A DNA stretch of 64,000 nt. It comes from Macrostomum lignano. Its lineage: Eukaryota. The stretch lies in the NCBI GenBank assembly GCA_002269645.1, contig NIVC01002376.1, positions 62,001 through 126,000 on the forward strand, given 5' to 3'. The notes below the pieces were generated by a model. It was not told where the DNA came from, made no database searches, and worked only from the letters and a program-made list of their open reading frames with translations. Shown here one piece after another: positions 53,820 through 64,000 of this stretch. The position numbers and the translations under genes were made by a program. Positions within the stretch are counted from its first letter, which is position 1, and every line of letters starts with the position of its first letter.

Positions 53820-54550
53820 ACATCACCTTAGTGACTGGTGATGTGACCTCTACTGGTGTCATGACCTCTACTGGTGTTTTGACCTTAGGGACTGGTGATG
53901 TGACCTTGGTGACTGATGATGTGACCCAGTTGACTAGTGATGTGACCCAGACTGACTGGTGATGTGACCTAGACTGACTGGTGATGTGACCACGTTGACT
54001 GGTGATGTGACCATGTTGACTGGTGATGTGACCCGACTGACTGGTGATGTGACCCAGTTGACTGGTGATGTGACCCGACTGACTGGTGATGTGACCACGT
54101 TGACTTGTGATGTGACCCGACTGACTGGTGATGTGACCCAGTTGACTGGTGATGTGACCCGACTGACTGGTGATGTGACCTCGTTGACTTGTGATGTGAC
54201 CCGATTGACTGGTGATGTGACCCGACTAACTAGTGATGTGACCACGTTGACTGGTGATGTGACCCAGTTGAATGGTGATGTGACCCGACTGACTGGTGAT
54301 GTGACCCAGTTGACTGGTGATGTGACCCGACTGACTGGTGATGTGACCACGTTGACTTGTGATGTGACCCGACTGACTGGTGATGTGACCCAGACCGACT
54401 GGTGATGTGACCCAGTTGACTGGTGATGTGACCCAGACTGACTGGTGATGTGACCCAGTTGACTAGTGATGTGACCCAGACTGACTGGTGATGTGACCTA
54501 GACTGACTGGTGATGTGACCACGTTGACTGGTGATGTGACCCAGACTGAT
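53820..54550. repeat. 21-bp minisatellite (tgactggtgatgtgacccgac)n
   Basis: Direct inspection. Confidence 0.96.
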
Positions 54551-55674
54551 GCGAGCGCAGCGGTTCCCCAGAATAAATGAGGCTGTTGTATGCGTTATGG
54601 TTAGCGTAGGGGTGTGTGTTGTGTGTGCGCGCGCGTGTGTGTGTGCTGCGTGTGCTGTGTGTGTGTGTGCGCGTGTGTGTGTGTACGTGTGTAAGATACT
54701 AATGTAATTAGTTAAGTTATAACTTATATAACACGGGCACTAGTGGAAATCTTAATAAATTACTAAATATAGATAGTTACTATTTTGGGTATCAAATTGT
54801 TACCATAATTAGAATGTCATACTACCCCCTAATCAGGGTTAGGGCTAGGGTTAGGTGGTGTATGAATATCCTAAAAGCGTATGAACCTCCTAAAAGTGTA
54901 TGAACCTCCTAAACACTTACTATATATACCGATGAACCTACTTTTTATAGCATTTCATACTTTCATAATTCCCTACGTCTACTTAAACCTATTAAAGCTA
55001 ATTAAAGCAATCTCAGCGAATTGCCTATGGCATGGCGTATGCTGGCGAAGACGATGGCTTAGGTGATTTGAGACATGCAAATCCTCGCTGATCTCTTTGA
55101 CAGAGATTTTATACAATTTCTTCTAGGTTATTATTAAAAATGCATTGTAAAAATAGAATAGAAATGACATTTTCAACAATAAAATTAAAAATTCTAGCTG
55201 GGGAAGGGAAGCAAAGAGAAGTGCTTTTAGGATGTTTGTTTCATAAAATATATAGAGCTGGGGCTTCTTTTTATTTTAATATATTTATATATATATATAA
55301 TGGAGGAATAAATCAGATTATGGTTTGAGTAGGAGGGCAAGGATTTTTTCTATGGCAATAGCTTTTTAGGGTATGTTTTACTTTGAGGACAAATGTCTTT
55401 TTGAGGGGCAACTGTTATTACAAAATTATTTTCAGCTGCACCCTATTTAGGAGGGGATATAGTGGGTACTTTATGAGGGGTTATGGAATTGCAGGTCGTA
55501 GTTATGGCGTTATGGCGTTGTTGCGTAGTTATGGCGTTATTTATCTCCATAATTTTTTTAGTTTAAAAGATTTTCTTAAGTTTACTCCATTCAACTCTAT
55601 TTTGTGCCATATTTTGCATAAATCATTTATATAATAAATAACTTCAGCTTTCTTGTTAATTCGGCTGGGCAGAC

Positions 55675-56377
55675 ATGGCGTGCGCCCGTCCAGATGGAGG
55701 GCATGAAGACGACCTTCAAAATATTGATAAAGACTCCCGGGATATTCTAGTGGAGCTCTTCCAATTGCCCATCGATGAGTACCACATTGCCGAGGAGGAA
55801 TCCAATGCGGCAACAACTGCAGTAGACACTGCAGGAGCTGCTGCTGCACAGAAGAGGCCGCGTGGCCCCACCGGCAGCCCGGGAAACCACGGGCCCTACC
55901 GTAGGTGCCCGCTGTGTGGGGCGGTCCAACAGTCAGATAACCTCCGGGAGCACCTTAAGACGGTGCACAATGAACAGCACCCCCTCCGGAGGGCCGTCAT
56001 TACGGGCCTGGCCAGCCTAGAGGCCCGCGTGGAGGAGAACGCCAAGAGATCCCGCTTGGGCCTCCTCATGTGCGCAGCCTGCCCAAGGGTGGGGCAGCGC
56101 ATGATTCAGCATTTTCAACAAAAGCATCCCCAGCTAGACAAAGGCCTCATCCATGGGCGAGACGCCAACGCCCGTATGCGGAATATGCTCGTAGACTTCA
56201 TGGAATACCGACGGCATTATATCCGCACTGGCAGCGTTGACCCTGTCAGCCACCCAAAAAAATGGCCGAAATACGCAATTCATGCCAACACTAGCAACCA
56301 GCCGGCGCCAGGCCGACCGCGGCCGGGTCCCCGTGCTGGTGGCACCGCCTTGGAGCGCGAATTCATGTACTGCGAGC
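55675..56377 (+). CDS. Intronless ORF with two atypical C2H2-like fingers, interrupted by a hAT-like end
   Basis: CPLC...LREHLKTVH and CAAC...MIQHFQQKH; GC-rich coding stops abruptly at cagggttttttt (56378). Confidence 0.55.
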
Positions 56378-57798
56378 AGGGTTTTTTTTTGTGCGCAGAG
56401 TGTGCGTATGCACCCTAAATTTTAAAATCGCACCCTGAAATTAAAAAAGTAGGTGCGGTTTAGGTGCGGTCTGTAAGATATTATAATATATGAAAAGTTA
56501 TATAAAAATCATTTGATCTTTGATCACATTAAATTTGGCCTTTTTAATCAATGATAAATGATGATAATTTTAATTTATCTAGTATATTAGTATAAAATTC
56601 AACTTTTTTATTTTGACATCTTCACTCTTGACTCTTCGGAGTCTTCACTCTTTCTTAGAATGTTAAGTATGAGTTAAGCGGTAGCCTTGTGTTTATTTAG
56701 TTGTACTTGTATATATAATCTATAGATATAATACAAATGCAAATTATAAGAATCTAAAGGTCTATCTAATCATAAGCTCTACTGAAGTAAAGTATTAAAT
56801 TCAAGTTCATAAATTTATCATATTCATAATCTAATAGCCTAAGGCTTATATATACAATTAAATCATAGTCATAGACTCATAGATAATCAATAGGCCTAGA
56901 ATAGATATATAAAATCAATAGATATAGACTATCTATAAGGACTAATGCCAATTTCTATTGTTTGTGTAGTAGGTAGTTATAAGTTAAAGTTATCAATGAT
57001 AAATTATAAGTCAAAAAGGCTGTTAGAGTCTAGATAACATAATCAGTGACAGTGAGGCGAGTGAGCTTCTATTGCAAAAATGTTTGAGTAGGCAATAGGG
57101 CCAAATTACATTTACTTTATTTTTTTTATTTTTAGTATAAGTAATTATTTACAATTATTATATAAAATTATTGTAAAATAATTGTAACAGTAAAATTAAA
57201 AAATTATATTTAAATTACTATTTAACTGTACTATATTATGTCTATGCTAGGCCTATGTATGTACAATAATATTATAATACTAATAGTATACATACATACT
57301 AATATTTATACTAATATTATTATATATTATATACTTTGAGTATGTATATAGTATAGTTATGGGCTATGGCTTATAGTAAATTAAAGTAGACTTGGACAAA
57401 AAAGTATTAGTATTTTTAGTATATTTTAATATAATAATAATAATTTAACAAATCAACTACAAACTAATCTATCTTATATTGTTATAATCTAAAAACCTTT
57501 TATTAAACTAGACATAGAATGTCTTTATGTATTAATAATAATGTCTTTAATTGTTTTAATGCCAGATTTGATATACATATAGCCTTGTTTAGTCTATAAT
57601 ACTTTTATTTTTAATATATAATATATACCCAATACATATGTTTATTTAAATGCAAACAAAAACAATAATACAAAAGCTAAATTAGTATTCAGCAAAAGCA
57701 ATTGTTAATTTGCTAAAGTTATAACTATAAATCATTAAAATGTACTATATTATAACATTTCAGTGACCAGTCTCAATTTATTTTATTAATAAAATCAA

Positions 57799-60700
57799 AT
57801 GAATCCACCAAAGCCAAAGCAGCCTCGTAATAGCTGTATAACAGCATGGCTCTTACCAGCACCAGCCCAGGGGCCCAAGGCTACTGCTGGTCCTGCCCAG
57901 GCCACTGCTGCATGCACTGCGTCTGCGTCTATTGCTCCTGCTGCCCAGGCCACTGCATGCACTGCGTCTGCATCTGCATCTGCTGTCCAGGCCACTGCAT
58001 GCACTGCGTCTGCATCTGCATCTGCTGCCCAGGCCACTGCATGCACTGCGTCTGCGTCTGCATCTGCTGTCCAGGCCACTGCATGCACTGCGTCTGCGTC
58101 TGCATCTTCTGCCCAGGCCACTGCATGCACTGCGTCTGCATCTGCATCTGCTGCCCAGGCCACTGCATGCACTGCGTCTGCATCTGCATCTGCTGCCCAG
58201 GCCACTGCATGCACTGCGTCTGCATCTGCATCTGCTGCCCAGGCTACTGCATGCACTGCGTCTGCGTCTACTGCTCCTGCCCAGGCCACTGCATGCACTG
58301 CGTCTGCATCTGCATCTGCTGCCCAGGCCACTGCATGCACTGCGTCTGCGTCTGCTGTTCCTGCCGAGGATCATTCAGTTTCAAAAGCTGGAAAAAGCTT
58401 TACAAAGTTTCAAAGCCGCTATTTGTTGATGTTTAACTGGCTCGAGTATGATGGGAAGGCAGACAAGGCTATTTGCCGCCTATGCAGAGCCTTTTCACCA
58501 GCAACGGAGCAAATTTTTACGCCCGGAAAGGATGGGTGGCGCTTGCATGTGCTGAAAAGGCATGTTAAATGCCAGACACATCAGGCTGCACTCGCTGTAC
58601 CCAAGTCGCAAGCCAACTGGAAGAGTGCAGTCGAGGAGAACGTCCGCCGCGCTCGGCCTGAAGTGAAGTGTAAGTCAGTGGATTTTCTGCCATTCCTATT
58701 GTTGAGACTTCTATTTTTAGATGTATATTTAATATTAAAAATATTAATGTACATACATATATGTGTATCTCTCTCTACCCTACCCCACCCTTATTAAAAC
58801 CAGGCCAGATGATGAACATCTTGTTCTGCCTCCAGAAGGAGCGGCCAATTTCATTCGCATCAGAGTTGCATACTCTGGTAAGAACGCAGCTTGAGCAACT
58901 CACACGGCAGCCCGAATCACAGCCGAATCAGGCTGTGCCTGGCAGCGAGTCTGCAGCACCGGTTCGACCTGGCACTGACAGTGACACGGTTGACACCCCA
59001 GCCCCAGGTCATCATTCTGCACAAAGAAGCAACCCCTGCAACTTCATAATGTCAGCTCATCACTGCTCGAATTACGCAACATACCAGTTTGCTGCAGCTA
59101 TGGACAGCTGGGTGAAGCAGGATGATGTCAAAACACTCCAGAAGGCTCCCTGTTTCAGTTTGCAGGTAAGTACTTAGTACCGGTATTGATACTGATTGAA
59201 TTAGGATTGACTATTGATTACTAAATATAGGATTGTCTTATATGTTCCTAATCCTAACCCTCAGGTTGATGAGGTCACTGACCGTTCGATGGAAAAGTCA
59301 CTCCTCATTATGGTCAACGTTGCCGATGTGAGCCAGGCTGGTGCAACTCAGCCTCTAAAAACGCTTCACTGGAAGCTGTGCGCTCTGGAGCGTGGAACGG
59401 CCAATGACATAACGGAAGCAATTCAGCGTAGCTTCTCCAGTCGAGGTGTGAGCCTCAGAAAGTGCATACTTTTTGTGTCCGATGGTGCTGCTGTGATGTT
59501 GGGTCGCCATAACGGAGTAGCACGTCAGCTACAACGAGCCAGCTGCCCAATGCTGACGGAGTTGCACTGCGCAGCGCATCGGCACAACATATGCGTCCGT
59601 GACGCGTACGAGGCCTGTCAGGTTATAAGCACGGTTGATGACCAGCTGCACGGCCTTATCGCCTATCTGAGGACATCGAAAAATTTGAAGCTGCTAAAAA
59701 GACTCGGCCAAATTCTTCAGGAAGTAAGTCTTGGTTAAGATACAACCTCATTCAATGCGAATCCAGAGAAAAATATCAATCCCGACGGCATCACATATTC
59801 CAATTACAGACATACACATCCATTCGATCCCTAATTATTTCTATGCAAAACTTTGAGAAAGTTACACAATCAATGGTTGTACAAAACCTCCAACTAAGTC
59901 AAGCCTAATCGCCCTAATGTCAAGCATTACTCACATGATGCCTCACTCTACCTGCAGGATTTTGTGCGCCCTGAGCGTTTTATCGACGTCAGGTGGCTTG
60001 GGCGCCACACAGCAGTCAGTTGTATTTTTCGCTCGTTGTCTGTTATAATGACTCTGCTCGAGTCAAATGCCACTTCGGATGTAGACAGCGGCGGTGCTAA
60101 AGCTGTTGCTCAAGGCCACCTGAAGACGGTCTGCAGCACAGGCTTTCTACTGACGCTGGCAGTTATGCATGACGTGCTGGGCATCATGGCGCACCTGAAC
60201 AAGGCTTTCCAGCAGTACGTTTGTATTTAATCCTGGTTCTTGTGCCACTTCCCACACCTAGCTCGTATAATAATGTTGTATCATTACTTCGTCTTTAACC
60301 TCCTAGCAGCATCCTTACTTTCTCCCTTACATCCTCGACCTCACCTGATCAGGCACGGCTTGCATCCATTCGACCTGAGAAGCCGTGTCAAAGCCGCCCA
60401 AATTGAGCTGCAGTCCGTACTGCTGGACGACCGTGGGAAGCTTCGCAGAACTCCGTCCATGGAGCAATTGCAGGAACTCCTGGACCTGAACTTAGAACTG
60501 GAACCATCGGATGTACCTGCTACTGACCAAATTGGTTCCAACCGACTGAACCGAGTTTCTGCGCGAACACGAGCCGAAATTGCAGCAGCTTGCTCAACTT
60601 CAGTGTTGATAACCCCTATCGCTGACCAGCTGACTAACTTCGTGCATCAGTTAATTAAGAATTTGGCCGACCGGTTCCCTGATGTAAAACGATCAGAGCC

Positions 60701-61235
60701 AGAAATTCTACCTGAGGCAGAGCCAGGCTTTGGAGTGCACGCAATGGACACGGAGCCCGCGGATTCAGACAGCTGCAATACTCTGCCAGCTGTTGATGAG
60801 GACGTAGAGTCCGAAACAGACGACTTGCTGACTCATTTACGCATCTTCGATCCTGCAGAAATGCCGGTCTCGGGCCAAGGTGAAGCCTTTGCCAAGTATG
60901 GCCATAGGAGCATCAAATGGCTTGGTCGTTTTTACCATGAAATTCTGGTTTCGGCTGCTGATCGCGAGCAGGACTTCGATACAGACGAACTCGAGGAACA
61001 GCTGACATCAGAGTGGCGCAGTTTCTGCTTCAGTGTGCTATACTTCCGCAATAGCGAAACCTCTGACTGGCGTACTTTCCTGCTCGTGGCTGCACGAAAT
61101 TCTGCGGAGTGGCCACTCCTATCGTGTTTAACGAAAATTTTTCTAACTTTTACTGCGGAAAACGCCACTGTCGAGCGAGGCTTCTCGCTTCTCGCAAGGC
61201 TAAAGGGCACTAAATTCGGACTTCTTGAACTTTAG
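57799..61235 (+). CDS. Spliced hAT transposase (TTF-type Zn finger, DDE, dimerisation domain; ZNF862-like)
   Basis: Phase-consistent exons 57799-58669, 58804-59165, 59265-59723, 59958-60214 and 60353-61235. Motifs WLEYD...ICRLC...LKRH...H, SLQ|VDEVTD, FVSDGAAVMLG, HCAAHR, RWL and NATVERGFS; the C-terminus ends abruptly. Confidence 0.88.
57890..58362 (+). repeat. In-frame 42-bp coding repeat (QATACTASASASAA)n in the transposase N-terminus
   Basis: About 11 units, frame-preserving. Confidence 0.9.
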
Positions 61236-62540
61236 TAGATAAAATAGTTGCAATTCTGATAGGATCAAAATTTTGTATCTATAGGGGTTTTTAATGGTGC
61301 TGATTTTAAATTTGAGCTTAATTTTTTTATAGCTTAAAGCCAACTACTGGGACATGGGGAATGGGGGTTTTAGGGTAGGGAGAATCTTCATGGGAATTGA
61401 TTTTATCTACTTAAACTTCAATAGAGGCATGGGGGTCTATTAAAGATTAGATAGATAAATTTAGAGACTGAGGGTTCCAGAGTGGAAATGTAATGAAGCT
61501 TAAATAAAAACTTTCAGCAAGTAATCAAACACTTCCATTGAGAAAAATTATAATCTTATCAAAATAATTGATATCAGCAGCTATAATTACATTTCAGAAT
61601 AGAGAAGACAATGCAGATTAGTAGAAATTAAGTATAGGTAAACATTTAAAGAATGTACAGCTAGTCACAACCATGAGAGAACAATAGCAAATCAAAAGCA
61701 GGAGGCGAGGCCAGTGGCAAACCATGAGTCAGCATTTTTTAAAAACACTAATTTGATGTAGCACTCTCGGTGCACTATAATAAACTGAGTAAAGATGAAT
61801 TACTCGTAGAATAGACACTCCTTTTATTGGAGTTAAAAATCTAACCTCCTAAATGTTTTTTTACAATGAATTCATCAAAATTTTAGACAATATTTACCTT
61901 TGAGAGCCATGATTCTAAAAAAGTTTAATTTTCAAACATACAATTCTCCGAAACTGCTTACATCAAATTATCATTAATTACATAGGGGGATTAACAAATT
62001 GAGCTCCTGTTAACTGTGACAGTAATTTTTTTGCAGTTTTCTTTGCTTTATTATCATTTTGGACAGCCTCTAAGACTCTGGCAAAAGTTTTAGAAAAATT
62101 GGAAAATCAGAAGTATTTTACGTACCTAAAGTTCAAGAAGTCCCTAAATTCTGCTATTTTTGCAATAAAATCCCTTAGTTGGCTAAAAATCTACTCCACT
62201 TTGGCATTACTATGGGGCATAGGGCAATACAAGTAGCGCTTGTATAAGCTTTATAAGTAAAAGGATTGGCTGGTATTTAAAATAGCTTCCTAGAAGCTAA
62301 TTAATCAATGAATATAGTCATATAGTGGACAAGTTTTAGTAGAAGACTAGCAAGAATCATCTTAGTGGAGATGTACCTTTACTTTGATGCTATAAATTAT
62401 AGGTTTATAAGTTATAACATGATCATGATCCTGACCATTTTGCGGATGGTGGGGTGTACGCCAGAAAATTCCGGTGTACACTTGATTTCTGTGGCATATA
62501 CCAGCGTCCATTTCTTGGCTGTGTACAGTGTGGCATACTG

Positions 62541-62610
62541 GGTTTTTTTCGCTAGAGACAAGGTGCAAAATCGCACCTTGTGCTAAATTTCAAGGTGCGA
62601 TTTTAAGGCT
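62541..62610 (+). mobile_element. Second hAT-like left end related to 56378
   Basis: ctgggtttttttc...aaaatcgcacc...ggtgcgatttt, in the same orientation as 56378-56470. Confidence 0.45.
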
Positions 62611-63336
62611 CAGAGTGCAATTTCTCTTGAGTCTTGTTTTAAGACAACTGGGAATGTATATTTTAATATCTTACATAAGGCTATAGCCATAGGTAGGGGT
62701 TCCAGTGAGGTTTTGAAACATTTTTTATTCTTGGATATTTTTAGGCAGCTAAGTAGATCTCTGCAACCAAAATCCAAAATGGCCTCACTTGTTAATTTCT
62801 GTCAAGGAATAAAAAGTTATAGCATTTTTAGTTGTAGAAAATTTTGTAATTCCTTATGGCATTTTTGCATTACGGCCTGTGACCTTTTTTGCGCAAAAAG
62901 TACAATTTTTCATATACTTTTATTTATAAATTTTTTGTCCCTTATCCAATTTTAATATGTTTGGTGTCATTTTTTTGCATTTTTTATATTTTTGTGGCCC
63001 TATTAGTCTTTTTAAAGACTAGAGGGCCTTGGCTAGTAGGCTTAGTTGGAGTCGGCTAGATATGCTGAAAATCATATGTGCAAATGTGTATTACATGTAT
63101 ATATGTGCATTTTTACAATACATAGGTATTGTTCTTTTGAATATATATTTTTTAGGTATTTAGCATTTTTACCAAGATGTACAGAGCAAATTCTAATCAA
63201 ATTTAACTGAATTTTCTTACTTTTTAGGCCTAGGCCAAGGCTAGGGACAGTCATTAGTTAGTATATTTCAGTCCATCTTGCTTACATGTATTGACATTAT
63301 AACTGCAGTCATATTACTCATACACCAATTTCAGCA

Positions 63337-64000
63337 ATGAGCAGTGCCAGTGATGAAAACCGGCCTCCAGATACCCCAGGGCCAGATCCAGTGCTGAGAG
63401 TGACAGTTGGGAAGGCATTGCAGTTAACCCAAAACTGCAAGGCCCCAGAGGCGATGCAGCACCTCATGCAGCATGTGGGTCTGCCTGCGAGTCATGTTGG
63501 CAGCTTGGCAACAAAGAATATCATGAAGAGGATAGCCAGGCTTCGCCAGCAGGCACGTGAGCTGCAACGCAGCCACTGCAGAGACCTGGCTGCAGGAAAG
63601 CAGTCAGAGTACCAGCAGTTGCTTGCTGGTGAGTTTCAGGTGACTCTGACTGATGAGTAAGTTAATGACTGCATTTGACATTTGGATTTGCTATTAGTAC
63701 TACCACTGCCTGTCTCTTAAAATCAATAATTAATTTGTTTAACAACCTGTGGTATTTTAGAGATCGTCCTGCCGAAGGAGAAGTCCACCATCCTCAACTT
63801 CATTGCGGCTGGTGTCCGGCGCAGTGTCCCCCAGTTACGTACCCAACTGAAGGAGCTTCTGGGGATACTGCAGCAGCAGGATTCAGCATCGCATCAGTCC
63901 ACATCCCAGGCCTCGAGCATTCAGCTGGACACAAGCTGGATTGCTACCCACTGAGGACAGAGCCCTCTGCATTCAACAGGCCATCGATGGCAAGCTGGGT
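63337..64000 (+). CDS. Unidentified spliced ORF, probably element-encoded; runs off the right edge
   Basis: ATG ORF of 107 aa with gtgagt/gtgact donors and a ttttag acceptor at 63761; an in-frame stop follows in the likely second exon. Confidence 0.35.

Larger units (their letters stand above)
56378..61235 (+). mobile_element. hAT DNA transposon (left end plus transposase; right end not found)
   Basis: Left end cagggttttttt with gcaccc/ggtgcg subterminal repeats; transposase downstream. Confidence 0.7.

Noticed and set aside
54828-54856. Interstitial telomere (ttaggg-like)
   Set aside because: Only 2-3 imperfect units.

Overview
Eukaryotic (animal) genomic DNA: GC-rich spliced exons, poly-Q coding, GT-AG introns filled with minisatellites. 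The style recalls flatworm genomes such as Macrostomum, but the host is an unproven inference. The left half (1-30 kb) is genic. It holds a divergent TRPV-like channel gene (minus), an intronless serine palmitoyltransferase small subunit (minus), a highly divergent spliced p53-family gene (plus) whose zinc ligands appear swapped (CxxC...CxxxH), a 5.4 kb higher-order satellite, and carnosine N-methyltransferase CARNMT1 (minus). The right half (30-64 kb) is a nested mobile-element cluster: hAT and mariner-type MITEs, several LTR families, Ty3/gypsy integrase and gag remnants, tandem-PHD ORF fragments, a Crypton tyrosine recombinase pseudogene and a spliced hAT transposase. It also contains a 5'-truncated LINE joined head-to-head to an endogenous partitivirus-like RdRp, with a candidate 6-bp TSD around the whole unit. 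Three copies of a degenerate 28S rRNA (helix 69-71) segment lie at 29.9-32.2 kb. Most long ORFs in the supplied track are artefacts of tandem repeats. All family calls come from motif recognition by eye; no searches were run.
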